DNA of 64,000 bases from Paramecium tetraurelia (lineage: Eukaryota). The stretch is from NCBI GenBank assembly GCA_000165425.1, contig CT868629.1, positions 248,001-312,000 on the forward strand, given 5' to 3'. A program made the translations under genes and the position numbers. Of the stretch, positions 26,301-42,158 are shown in pieces; position 1 is the stretch's first letter, and every line of letters starts with the position of its first letter. The notes beneath the pieces were generated by a model. The model was not told where the DNA came from. It made no database searches and saw only the letters and a program-made list of their open reading frames with translations.

Positions 26301-27273
26301 TTTGGATCTAGGCAAACAAATAAGAAAAAGTGTGATCAATTTTAAAAGGATTTAGTTTGGAAAAGAAAGGACCAGAGCTATTTAATTTTTAAAAAAAGAA
26401 AATTAGAATTAAGAAAAGATTCCAGAGGCATTAGAATAATCATTAATGCTATCAATTCCTACTAACTAACTATAAAATAATCTATTTATGAAACCAATTT
26501 AATAGAAATCCAGGAGAACTTCCAATCTTGATGATTTGGGATTTGTATAGGTATCCTAGAAATTGGGAAACTTGGCTCAACAACTGAATCAATAAGATCT
26601 TGAAAACCATATCTAGTCAATTAAGCAAGTGAGTAAGAACAGTGAAGAAAGTGAAATTAAGGACTCAATCAACATTAAAAGGCAAATTGAAAGTCAAGAA
26701 AGGAAGGTTCAAATGGGGGATTAAAGAAGAAAAGTTAAGAAGACTACTATCTAGATGGGGTAGAGACCAAAGAGAAGATCGTATTAAAATCAATAGACTT
26801 CTAATTAGAGTCCTGTCTCTTAGAATTAATAATAGGTTCAACAAATAACAATTTCTTTGGATCAAAAGAAAACCAGAGCGAGTTTCATAGAGAATAGGAG
26901 GAATTTAGGATAAACTGCTCAACTCACAAGTTCTGGATTGATTGAATTGAAAGGAGAAGTGAAGGAAGGATCCTAAGTCGATTCATTGCAATAAAAGATC
27001 CTTGATATAGTGCATACTAATATAAATCTGGAGATGGATATTTGTAAATCCACTTTGGTCTATTTTCCTGAATACAACATAGACTCAATACTGAAAAAGA
27101 TAGAGATTTACTATTAATTGAATAAAGGGAAGGAAAAGAAGCTGTATAAAAGGACCAAATCTAACCGAAATTTATTTGAACGAATCAAAGCCTCAAAGAA
27201 TGCTACGATAAAAAGCTTATAGATGAATTCCAAATCCTAAACAGATGTTTAGAAGCAGGATGAAAATACTTGA
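23381..27273 (+). CDS. 6-TM K+ channel with CNB-homology domain
   Basis: Pore YWSVITTVTVGYGDIVP; S4 VRYTLLLRLTRL; CNB-like VLGEREFITQQPYEYKVRAV; many tiny introns; TGA 27271-27273. Confidence 0.9.
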
Positions 27274-27309
27274 ATCTCTATATAACATTTTTGCTTAGTA
27301 GATTATACA

Positions 27310-30300
27310 TCATTTCATTTTTTGAACTCTTACAGTGCCATAGACTGGCTGAACATTGCCTTCCTCTACATTAATTCCAAAACTGCTCTTTCTTTTCAAA
27401 ACAGGTTTAGGCTAGGATTATTTAAATATGATTTACATTTATTAAATCTCCAGGTAAATAGTCATTCAATTAACCCTGTAATGATACTCGCTTTAGTCTT
27501 CCCAATCTCCTTTTCTAATAAATTGGTTTATCATTGAGTTTAATCCGAGATTCCTGGCTCTCCAAACTTTTTAAGGAAATCGAATGTCTGATAGGTTCAG
27601 TGTCCTTAATTGTTCTATCAGAAATGTATTGCTGTTCAGTGAGGATATTTTAGATCATCTATTAAGTGTAGCTCTTCCAGACTCTGAAGGTAGTCAAAGC
27701 AATTAATTGAAAGTAAAGAGCATTGCAATTTCCTTTCAATTTCAATTATGGTCCTATGTTGCTTCTCCTGAATGGAATTCCTCTCCTATGGTATGCTAAT
27801 CGAAAATTCATGGTCTTGTGATAATAGGACATCTTCTCGGCAGCAATTTCCGAGCATTAACCCAATATTAATTTCTTGTATCTATGGAAAAATATCTCAT
27901 AGAGCAATTGATTGTAAGTGATTCTGTTTTCTTCGTCACTTATCAAATTATATTGCAGACTGGATTTAGCTGCGTCCCATTGATTCTCGTAAGGCTTGCA
28001 ACCCAATGGTTCCTTTATTTCCATCAGGAGGAAGGGCAAGTTTTTGATGTTTAAAAATTGGCCATGGTTACAAGAAAACTTAAACCAAGCCTTCCTAAAG
28101 GTATCGATATTCTCGACATATGTTTATAAGATTGAATCCTGATTATTAAAAAATAACTCGAATTGTTCAATCATTGCCAGTACAAACAGATTTAATAGCA
28201 CATAATTAGATATTAACATAAATATTATAAAATATATCTACGAATATGGAGATCCACAATATTTTGGATCCTCCTGACAATAGGGATTATGATGCATGCA
28301 ATCATTCATTATACTCCTAAAATCATCACCACTTACACACTTAAATAAAGTCAGTATTGCTAACCAAAAGTTCTTAAAATTAATTAAATCGTTGATCACT
28401 TCTCCCTTATCAATATGACCAAACAACATAGTTCCATAAAAAGCGAAAACCACCATTATTATTAATAAAATAAACAGGATCTTAAACAAAAAGGGAAAAG
28501 CAAATGAAATCACTCTCACCAACCTCTGAAGCTTCTAGAGTCCCTAAAAAATTATTATCACTCTCAAATTCCTTAACATGTACATGACTCTCAGTAGTTG
28601 ATAATGAGGAGTCAACTATGTAGAATACACATATAACTGGAACCACTTCCAAATGACATCTACCACTAAATCAACTACCCCCAAAATGATAACCACAGTT
28701 GTATATAATCTCCATGGATTGTCTTTGAATCTATTGATTCCCAGAGCTATGCCTTGGAGCAACACCCAAATAGCGAATATGATAGTGCAGGCATGATTAA
28801 TGAGATTAATGATTCTATTATAATCAAAATCAGCAGAGTGATAAATCATCATTATAGTGACACAATTGATAAGTAAAATAGAAAACATAAAGAAATCCAT
28901 AAATTGACTTGTGATTATAGTGGCTAGTACCTTCCTAATGTACGATTTAGGCAACGAAGATCTAACTGGATGATCAAACAAAATGATTTCAGTTACATTC
29001 TTGAATTCCAACTGTGCCTGAGTCAATTGTTGATTCTCAATCTATTTTGAGTTTGCCTTCAGATTTATGAACAGAACTCCAGTAAACAGTTGCAAAAAGA
29101 ACATAGATCCAATTGTGCAAAAAGCAATATAAAAAACATAAGTAGGAGCCTAACTATAGTATGGATGAGGACCAGAATACGACTCTCTACTATTTTGAGA
29201 TGCCCATAAGATTGCACCCCATCCATCAAATGTTGATATAACAAAAAGGCTGGGCATTGCAGTTGTAATATTATCGAAATTGTGCTTGTAGACTATCCAC
29301 GACTTGTTTAATTATTTGCATTCCTCAATCCCAATATCATAATTGAATTGTTCCTCACAGTAACCCAACTTATCTGCATAAAGCATCATAGAAAAAACAG
29401 CAAACATCAACCAAACCAACAATAAGACTACAAAAACATTTATAATATCAAATAAAGATTGAGTCAATGCTGCCCTCACTCTTGCTACCCATCGTATTCT
29501 GTAGAGTAACTTCAAAGGTCTAAAAAACAAAAAGGTCTCAATAACTTCAAAAATTGGCAAATATCCGATTTTAAAAAATTGAACATAATAAATTACTATG
29601 TAAGCCAAATCAATAATTTTCCATGTATACTATTATTTTTAATTATAATTTTACATTAAGATAAGATCCTTTATCTAAGAATGCTCCATAAGCAATCGAT
29701 TTGATAATAAATTCTATAAAAATTATAGAGTTCAGGATAAATAATAAAGTAACAAGCAAAGGGTCTTTTTGAATATCACTTGGTATGGCTAAGTATGTAA
29801 TAGATAATAATAAAGTGATGTCTATGAAATATTTGGTATAATCGCTCTAACTGACTTTGAAGAGTAGTTTTCTAAAATTATTGGATTTGTGGAATATATA
29901 ATAAGATTAGAGACAATCATTGCCAGTGTATAATTTTGGATTTTGCTTAAGAAGTTGTCTTTCAATTGATTCAATGTTCTCCTATATTAATTTGATTTTT
30001 TTTGATTCTTAAGCCTTTAAATGATTTATATTGATATTGGTTTTATTTTTCAACCTATTGAAATCATCCTTGATCTTCTTTTTTTAGTCATTAATAATAT
30101 CAGGTCTTCTATTTCTAGTGGGAGGAAATTAAAGAGAATGGAACAGTTTTTCTGTAAAACAGCTGTCTTTCTTTTACTGGTATTCTCTAACATTACTTGA
30201 TGATGCTAACATGTTCTCTGGAGATGTGCTTTCTCTCCTTTAATTTCTATTACTATTAACAATAACATTGTTGGCTAATTCTTTATATTGTTTAATTGAA

Positions 30301-33300
30301 GAAGAACTAGAATTCGAGCTTTCACTCTCAGAATCATCATCAGTTTGATCTGAATCTAATTATTTATTAAGTTTGTTTATCTACTTAATTTTTTCCTTCA
30401 TAAACTCATTCTCCTCATTAGAAGATTCCCTTTCCAAATATTAACTAAATCCATCCAGCAAAATAGCCATCATAATGCCATAAATAAAATAATTTAAAGT
30501 AAACACTAAAGCAATTGAAAAAGTCACTGCTAATTCAGTCTAAACTTCAGTACCAATACGATAAACTCCAAACCAATCATCATTTGTCATAATATTAAAA
30601 ACTGTCATAAATGCCTTTGCTGGATCATCAAAAGATTACATGTATCCTTTGTTGTGATATTCATCAAACTTATTTGCGAATAATTCCATTCCTATCAATC
30701 CAAAAGTTAAGATCATGAAGAACATTAAAAATGTCAGATAAATATAAGATTTATAAGTAATTGAAGCTATTGCTCCTATTATCCTAGCCATCTAAATGTA
30801 AAGTATGCACCTATAGAATAAGAGACATTTCGTTGATCTCATCAATCTAAGATACTATTCACTCACATTCAAATAGCTACTAAATCCAAACTCTATTAAA
30901 CTAAGTATCACAATCAAAAGTTCAATTACATGATGTTTATTTTTAGCTATTCTTTCTAATATTTTTATATTTAATTACTTGGTTAATACACAATTAATTG
31001 CAATATTATTTCAGTTGATAAGAGCACCGTAGCTATATCCTCCTCATTATCAATTATGTTTCTATTTATGGTACCTTGAAGTGCTAAAAACAGAGTATTT
31101 ATTAGAATAGTCAAATCAAACAAAAACTTAGTTAATTTGAAATGAATAATTTGAAAGGCATACTTTCTTAAATTAAGTATAATTCCACTTAATGACTTTG
31201 GCCAGATCTCAATATCCTTTTGATTGAGGCTTTTAAAGATATCATCAAATTTCTGGATTAATGCTTGAGAACTAATCAAAACATTATTTCCTGACCAATG
31301 CTTTGCCTTGATTATTTTCTTTTCAAACTCTTTTCTCCTCAATTAAGTATATTCTTCCTATCCTCTAGGACCTTCTTAGTTTTTTTAATGAATGTTAGCA
31401 TTGATTCTCTTTTGAACACTCAAATAATCCAAATAAACACCATTTACAAGGATCTTCAATTCCCCATTGTTATATTGAGTAAAATCCCATTTCTCACTTT
31501 CTAAATTTTTTGAGTGCTAGTTAATAAAATAAGGATGCTTCCTTCTTCCCGTTTCCTACATTATTTAATAACCCTGGGTTAGATTGTTTGAACTTGAACT
31601 AGATTTCGATCCATGTAAATCAGATGTGTTAATGTTATCTTTTTTAATCCTTTAAGACTACTTGATTGGTAACATCATTTTCTTATTCTCAGATATTTAT
31701 GAACTTGCTACGGTTAACTCTGATCTGCTGGTTCTAGGATTCTAAATAATTTTATTTTTAATCTAAATTGGCTTATAATAAAATTTCTTTTTCTTTTATC
31801 CGCTAAATGGTTTATTTTCTGTCTTTTTTAACACTAAAAACATTGATTACCTCAGAATATCAATTTAACTGGTGGGTACATAATGAAAATTGTAATCAAT
31901 ATACTTCTCCAACAAAAACGACGATTTACTAAATTATTTAATTATCATTTGTTATTTAAGATCCTAAGTAAATAATTTGATATCTAAATTATTATAAAAC
32001 TTAGTAATATCATTTAATTTTGGAAGTAGAATATGTTTTAATGAAAAGTTTTTAAAAGTATTCCTAAATTGGGTGAAATTGCTCTCACCTATCTTGGACT
32101 GATTAATCATACTTCCTAATAATAATTTTGGTTATATATCCCAAGCTTAATTAAGCTTATTTATTCTGGGTTCTTCGATTAAAATGCTTTGCTATTTAGA
32201 AAATAGATAATTATTCATTTGGTTCACATAATGAAAAAACCCTATTTTTTTTAACTATAATTTGCTGATGGCCTCAACCTTCTCATCCTAATTTGAGATT
32301 GATCTGAACTACATTTCACTAAAATGAGTCTTAAAGACAGCTATAGGCAAATTAAATCCAAAAAAACCACCAACAAAAATAATCAAGACATAATATATCC
32401 ACACTATTGGATGAAAGGCCCTTATTGTGTAATACATTACCCAACTCCAATCATCCATAGTAACTGTCTTTAGCATCAAACCAAAAGAGTATATGATATT
32501 ATTAAAATTGGTAGGGATGTTAAAGGCCTTATTTGTCATCACACAAGTCTTACCATCTGGACATTCTCCTTAGATACATTAAATCCATTCATCCTCTTCC
32601 GACGGCAAACAACGCTCATTGAATAAACTCATAAATAGAGAGTTGCCTAAAGATGCAAAAAATAAGACAAACAATATAACAACAGCAGTAGATTCAAATA
32701 TGAATTTTAGTGACTCTATCAAAGCCTCAATCATCCTTTACAATCCTAAGTAATATATCTCAAATACCCTCAAATATTGCTCCTAATTGTTTGAGTAATC
32801 TCATCATTCTTAAAGGTGTAATGTTTACAACAGTTTCTGTATAAGCTAAATGATAATAAAACATCACTATTAGAAATGCATCAATCACTCTTCCTAGAAA
32901 TATAAATTTAGATCTAAACAACCCAAAAGCGAACAATTGTAGCACAATGTCAACTACATACAACCACAAGAAACCTGAAGATATAAGTGCACTCTTTACC
33001 AAAATTAATTGCAAATAAGTTCTAATTGTCATGGTTTAAATGCTCATAGATAAATAAAATGATATTTCCTAAAGTTACAAAGGTCAATAGATATTAATAT
33101 ATTCTAGATCTGACTATTATTTTGGATAATCTTTTTGTTGTCAAATAACAATAAGCGAAGATCATTCTTAGTTTTAATAAAGGATAGCCATCTTAATAAG
33201 AACTCTCAATTAATTGTTATTTTTACATAAAGTTATTTATACTTTGAGAAACTTCTCATTTTCCTAAATTTTATGTGCAATGCTCCATTAACACTACTCA

Positions 33301-34230
33301 ATTTTTAATAGATCTTCCCATAGTGGTTTTAGAGCTTATTTAATTGATCAATTTCAATCTAGAATATCCAAAATTTTCATACTTCATTAGACGATTGAGA
33401 TTATTCCGTAACAGACAGATGACTGAAACCAGCAAAAGCACTATGAAAATTTGACATTCTATGCTTAACGTTTGTTGTCTAGTGTAAATTACATACTTAC
33501 ACTTAAATCTACATTCGGAATCTAAATCGATGATTCAGGTGTTCCAGGAGACTAAATGTTATTTACAGATCTATTGGTTATGAGATTTTGTGCTTAAATC
33601 ACCTCAAGGCTTACTATTGAATTATCCGACTTATCAGACTTGTTATCTTCTTTGGCCAAGTCTGAAAATAATTATGATAGATGATCAGAATTTTCTTCGT
33701 CACTTTCATATTCGCTGCTGTCCTTATAAGGCTGTACATACATCTGCGCAGTTGCTTACTCTGCTATTCTATCAAGCATCTTTTACTATATTTCTTCCCT
33801 ATTGTTATGAATTAATATACTGTTTCTGCTACGTCATTTGGCTGTCAGCTTTTCTTAGGATGGTTTGGTATTACTATATGAGGTTTTAAGTCAAATCCTT
33901 TATGTTGTTTTTCTGTCTCTTAGAAGACTTTGATTTTATTGTTTTTGCTGATCTTATACTTGACTTTGAGCTCTCCGATAAGACAGATTTCTAAAATGAA
34001 TCATCGCTATCTGATTCTGACTCAGAACTATGCTACGCCTTTTATGTCGCTTTATTAATTTGAAAAAGTTCTTAGTTGTCGAGTACATTTCCTTTCCTTT
34101 TTGTTCCTTTGCTCACTTTGGAGGATTTGAGTTTTTTGTCCCCTGGCTCAGCTGATTAGAACAAATGATTATTCTTTCTAACAACAATTGTTTTAGAAGG
34201 ATATTTCTTTCTTGGAAAGGGGGATTACAT
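27310..34230 (-). CDS. Four-domain Cav/Nav-superfamily cation channel alpha subunit
   Basis: Four 6-TM repeats with pore loops KTVTMDDW, NIMTNDDW, VISTFDGW, KCVSGDDF; S6 motifs FFGFNLPIAV, SMFFLQLFTGVLFINL, MLLNLFVLAMIEQF; III-IV linker LTQAQLEF; EF-like C-tail. Confidence 0.9.
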
Positions 34231-34699
34231 AATTAAAATAATAAATGGATTTCATTCAAATGTTGTAATCAATTTTAGAAAAAAGCTTTTAAGTATTATA
34301 TTTAAAGTCATTATTTTTAATCATTTCAAACCTTGGTGATTTCAATTGATTTCCTTCAAAATTATAATATAAAAGAACACTCAAACAATTAATAATCTAA
34401 AAATAGCAAATTCATAATCTATCAATTATATAATCGCAAGTATTAAATGAATATATTATTAGAACAATATATTAAATTCTAAAATAAAAGTAATAAAAAT
34501 TGTTGATTAACTTAAGTAAAGTCTCCAAATGGTATTATTTACCAACATCTGATTGAGTTTAAAAGGAAGTTCATTTTTTAATTATTAAAAATAACCAGTC
34601 TTAAGCTGGGATTTATCAGAGTTGTATAATGAGAATTTATTTTTTTACATTAAGTGCTAATTTAATATAATAACTGCATTATTAAAAATATAATAATAA

Positions 34700-36588
<1,889 letters not shown>

Positions 36589-36744
36589 TATTTTGAATTA
36601 GTCATTTAGTTATTTTATAAAAGAAATTTTTGTTTATTTTCTTTGATAAACTAATCTTCAAAATATTTTCATTAGAATAAAGTTGATAGTTGTAATTAAA
36701 ATGTTTATATTTAAATTAAAAAATGAAAGTATTCAAGTAACTAA

Positions 36745-38504
36745 TCATTTTGGGATATATTCTGGAAATAATTCTTGTAATAATTGTGATGGATCTTAAT
36801 AATTGGTGAATGAGCTCACTTTTAATAACTAGGAATTCAATTCTCTTACATCAGTCACTGTCCTGAATTTCATTAAATAATTTTGTAGATATAACAATTC
36901 CTAAGATAATGATTTTTAAAATTACTTAATCTTATTTGTTATCATAAAAAGCAATAATAGGAACACCATTATCAATTTATTATCCAAATGAATAGCTTGC
37001 ATTGTCAATTAACAAAATATTTGACATCTTTCTATTTCCAAGAACTCTAGAAGTATATTATGAAATTAACCTTAAATCTTTCACATAAGCACCTTCTTCA
37101 GTCTACTAACAATGTTCTCGGAATAACCTATGACTAATCCATTGTTTCTTTGGATCCAAATAATCCAACACAATATTAGCATAACAAGAATGAGATGCTG
37201 TAAAAACAATGATTTCAAAATGTCGAGACAGGGTTTAAAGGATCTGTTAAGCATAAGGTCTAATGTTGATGGAAGCTTAGATTGTCTCTCCAGTTGGAAA
37301 CGTTATTGGTAGAATAATGTCTCCAGGAATAGAAGTACTTTCATTGCAATGAATTAATGTTTCATCTAAATCAAATACTAATGTTTTTAATTGATTAGTT
37401 TTGGGCAAATTAACAATTTTGTCTTCTTAGAATTCTAATGTTAGATTTCTAGCATATTCTAAGCCCTATTTTATATGCGATCAATTTACTTAAATAGTTT
37501 ATACGATGTGATCTCTAACAACTTCATCTGCTTTATTTGTTTACTATATAAAAATGGATCTTGCTACACTAGATATGTAATATAGAAACTATGATAAAGT
37601 ATATGAATACATGATCGTCTTTGGTAGGTTTTTGAGATGAATAGGATTTTTCATTCAAAATTGGTTTGGTTACTTAGTTAAATGATTGATTAATCTCTAA
37701 GGATTGATGTCTATTTATTGATGATTATTATTGGATCGGTTTTTTCGGTTATTTTACTTATGTAACAAATTAATCTAAATTGATGCTTGGTTGATTCTGT
37801 TCTTTAATTACTTGACTCTGTTTTAGTGCTTTATTTAGTTGTAAATTTAAGGAGGTTGAACATTTAGTCAATTCTTTAGGAGTTGTGGATCCTTTTGGTT
37901 CGTTATTCTCTTGATCTTTTTTTTGAAAAAATTTAGCTGCTAATCCAAGTGGCTTTTGTTTTGATCTTTCTGATTATTTTTACAATTGAGAATTGCTGAT
38001 TTCTATATTGGATTTAATTTTATTGATTTTATTCTCCAAGAATTGCAATTTCTCATGTAATTTTTGATATTCTTATTGATCAATTTGTTTGCTTTGTAAT
38101 TATTGATCTGACAAACATTTAATCATGTTAGTATCTGGATTCTACTTTAATGAAAAATATCTAGATTATGGGGTTGCTTATTATGGTTAAATGTATGTTG
38201 AACTTTTCAATTCTTTGAATGAAGATCTGCATGGTTGTTTTTAGTTCGAAAAAGCCCTTTTATCATTAGAGGCTGAGGAGGGTCTTGGAACTGCTTGAAT
38301 GGAAGGTTGTCGAGGTTAGGATGAACTGGGACGCATCTCAGGTTTTTGAAGGACTTAAGTAGATTGATATTAAGGGTATGCTTAGACGGGTTTTCGCTTT
38401 TGATATTGATTAGAGGAATTCTCATTATCTGGAGTCTGTTTGATGGTTTGTCGATAAGAATCTTACATTATTGGTCGTTGAATATATTGTGGCACTCGTT
38501 GCAT
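36745..38504 (-). CDS. CTD small phosphatase-like (FCP1/SCP, NIF HAD phosphatase)
   Basis: [61 protein letters not shown]; long low-complexity N-terminus. Confidence 0.9.
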
Positions 38505-38556
38505 TCAATTTAAATTTTGTTAAATTAAAAAAAAGTCTGTTTAATTAAATACATTC

Positions 38557-39025
38557 TCAGATTCTCCCTAATTTTTTTGTGGCCAATAATTTAACATACA
38601 TCTAGTGAATTTTCTCCCTGTATTGATAATTATGGTATTGATAGAATGACAGGCCAAACATCAGACCTAAGATTCCACTTGTGGACATTTCTCCATAAAG
38701 TTTCTTATGCAAAGGCCTAGAATTGACAAAGTAAAGCATCGTTATCGCTGAAATGCCAAACCCAATTAGGGCACCAATAGTAGTCTATTCTGACAGCACT
38801 TTATCTGCTTAATTAAAATCGTATTGCTCATCCGCTGTCATCAGAATGAAATTATTTTTGAGGAATTGCTAAATAATATGAATTTGGTACATATTTTTTG
38901 CTTGGTATGGCTTGGCTCGAAACCAATCGAGTGCGTTAGGTTCGACCTGAAAATTTAACGAGTATATCTAGATACTGTTTTTGCTCTTCTGTGAAGAATG
39001 CATAGGGTAATTCTGGAGTTTTCAT
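38557..39025 (-). CDS. Small two-TM membrane protein of unknown function
   Basis: MKTPELPYAFF...TTIGALIGFGISAITMLYFV...SGILGLMFGLSFYQY...KKLGRI*; one 22-nt intron. Confidence 0.7.
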
Positions 39026-39042
39026 TAATAAAATAATTAAAA

Positions 39043-39978
39043 TCAGAAATTCAATTTTTTAGGTGATATTTTTTACATCGATTTCAAATGCTCACCTAAT
39101 TTTGGAGTTGATATTTTTAGAGAATTTACAAATATTTTAGTTTCAGTTTTGTTTATCTAAATTAATTTATCTTGTATTTTGTATTCAGACTTTAATTCAT
39201 TCACTATTTTCAAACAATCGTTTTGCTAAAAACTAAATAAATGCTATACATTTTTGAAGGTGTCAAAAAAGATTTCTTTATTTTTTTATATATCCATAAT
39301 TGAGAGTTTGTAAGCATTTATACCAATGGGTTTCAAAATCTAAGTTACATAATAATTATGCAAACTTGATTTGGGCATTTGTCTCAAAGGAACATTGGTT
39401 GTGTCTGTTGATTTTACTAATTTATAATTATCCACCAATGCATTGGCATCTTCGATCTCTACACTAGTCGATAGCATTTTAAAAGCCTCCTACTTTAACT
39501 TCCTATACATCATCTTATTGTAACTGTAATCATATGGTCTTTCTACGCTTTTGCTCTTGTTTTCTGTTATTTCAATCGGTCTATCCAAAGATTTCCTTAA
39601 GAGATTTTCATATATCCTGTCTTTCTTATTCACCTGAGGGATTTGATCATGAATCTTGACGACTTCTTGCTCTGCCAAATATATAATTGATTCGATAATC
39701 GTTAACAAAGTATCTTGTGAAGTTGGGTAAATGTTTATTTATTCCATCACATATGATTTAGCCTCCATTATTCTCACCATAGTAAACTAGGAGGTTTTGG
39801 AGAGATATTGAGAGTTGAATAATTGTAAATGAATATATTTTAAATCTTAAGAATCGAATAAGGTTTGATAAGCAAGGAGGAGACGACGATTGTTAATATT
39901 CAAGAGCTCTTCTATAAAAAAATTAAGTGAAATATTCAACACCAGCTTTTCGATATCTTTCCAAATTTTTATTATCAT
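39043..39978 (-). CDS. Hypothetical protein, ~311 aa
   Basis: Open 936-nt code-6 frame from MIIKIWKDIEK to KKLNF*, includes track ORF 39490-39708. Confidence 0.65.
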
Positions 39979-40162
39979 ATTTTAATGAATTTGTTTATAC
40001 CAAAATATTATATTTAATAGTTTAAATCACAATTCATCACTACTATGATATAGCCTAAGTGTAAGTATCTAAATCATTGAAGACACTAAGATTTAATATA
40101 ATTTATTAGGAATGATGCTGGACAATATGCATACAGATACTTATATATAATATATGTATTGA

Positions 40163-40732
40163 TCATTTTTTTTTGCTCAAGAATTTGGTCAATCCAAATA
40201 TCAATGGATAAAAGACCACAGATAAAATGAACCATTTTTTATAGCTGTCATATGTAACTTATGTAACTTTTTATTGCTTCTATTCATTCGCCTATTTTAG
40301 CTAATCTTTTTCTTCTTCTAATTGTTGAATTTTGTTTTCATATGTTTTGATTAAACGCTCAGTCTCACTCTACACTTAGGAATTTAATAGATTATATTCT
40401 TTCTCCTATTCTTGGATGTGAAGATCACGATCAATCAATTTTTGTTTTAATTTATTATATTCATCTCTAGCCTTCTAATACTTCTTATCTAATTCATTAA
40501 GTTTGCTCGTTTATTATTTTTTTTCAGTAATGGAATCATTAATGTAGACATTCAGAGAATCTACTTCTGATGTAAAAGTGACAATTAATTTATTTTTCTC
40601 ATTAATCTCTGATTTCAATTGATTGATAAGTTCATCCTTCTTCTAAACACTGTCGCACTCTTTTTTCCACTAAACTTCAAGCTGCTCATACTTTTGCATC
40701 AACTGATTAAGTTAATCGGAAATATCTCCCAT
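40163..40732 (-). CDS. Tail-anchored coiled-coil protein, 189 aa
   Basis: Intronless; continuous heptads then WFILSVVFYPLIFGLTKFLSKKK*. Confidence 0.8.
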
Positions 40733-41288
40733 AATTATTTATATATATATATATAATAATATTAAAACTATAAGAATTACCAGTCATGCTCAATTCCCCT
40801 TAATTCTACTTTCTCAAGATGACAAGACTAAAAGAAATTAATAACTTTTGAAATATAAATCGTTTGTTTAGTTTGAATTTGTAAGTATATTGACTTTATT
40901 CTTTAGATTAAATATTATATTAATACAGATTTCATTATTTATAAAATAACATTTATGCATCATTTTAATAAATTTATGATTAAATTATAAATTGTTGATC
41001 AAATAATACTATACAATTATAAATAAGGAATTTCCAAATTAATAACTCGTTTATTGTAATATATTATATCATTCAAATTCTAACAAGAATATAATTAAAT
41101 TCTATTGATTTCTAATTATAAGATTGTATTTTTAAAGAAATCAAAATAAAGATGAAATTGAAAGGCTTAAAATCGTTAAAAGGATTAGAGTATATTAAAA
41201 AGGAGTACAATTAATTTTAAAATACATTAATTGTTTGATGATAAATAAAATAATTAAAAGATATTTACATAAATATACTAATAATTGT

Positions 41289-42128
41289 TCAAAATGATGA
41301 TAAATATTAACTTGTTAATTTAATGAAGTCCCTTGGCTTTTCAACTTAAACCCAGTGTCCTGCTCCTTTAATAAAATGAATATCTCGATTGATATCTATT
41401 TTTGGAAACACTTTTAGGAACTATTCTCTATCATTGAGACTCACATAATCAGACTTTTCTCCACAAATCACAAATGCTGAGCCCTAATAATTACTATAGA
41501 ATTCTGAGTGAGCATTGCTCATAAATTTCGAAATGACATCTATATTTATCCTCCACTTATAATCAGAGTGAAATTCTTCCTTATTCGCATAAGTGAGATT
41601 GGTCATGATGAGATTGGTTTTTTCCTTGCTCTACACCACCTAGAATATGTTATTTTCAATTTCTTTCAAAGTCTTGTTTTTCAGATCAATATCTTGTAAT
41701 TGTTTGACATAATTTTTGCCCTCTCCTTCACCAGGTCCAACATCCACTATGATATTCCCAATTGGCAAATCAGTTGTGTAATTTTGTAAATAGGAAAAGA
41801 TGATTCTGCCTCCCATGGAGTGTCCCAGTAACACAACATTCTATAGATTATGATCAAGAATGAAGTGCTTCAAATCATTTGCCATCTCTTCGTAACTCAT
41901 CGTTTACGTTTATGGAGAATCCCCATGATTCCTAAGGATAATCGTATGTCAATACCTTACATCAAGCAAGTATGCTGATGCCAAATGTTTGCTGATGTGA
42001 ACATTATTAACTATATTTTTAAAATTAGTTTTTGAACCCAATAAACCATGCAATACAACTAGGTTTATGCGTCCCTGGTTGTAGACTTGTTAAAGGAATA
42101 CATTCTTAATAGGTTTGAGATGCTGCAT
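41289..42128 (-). CDS. ABHD11: Alpha/beta hydrolase, ABHD11/YbfF-like
   Basis: VVLHGLLGSKTNF; RNHGDSP; MSYEEMANDL; nucleophile GHSMGG; GAGHWVQVEKP. Confidence 0.85.
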
Positions 42129-42158
42129 CTATTATTGAAATAAATTATTATTTTATAA

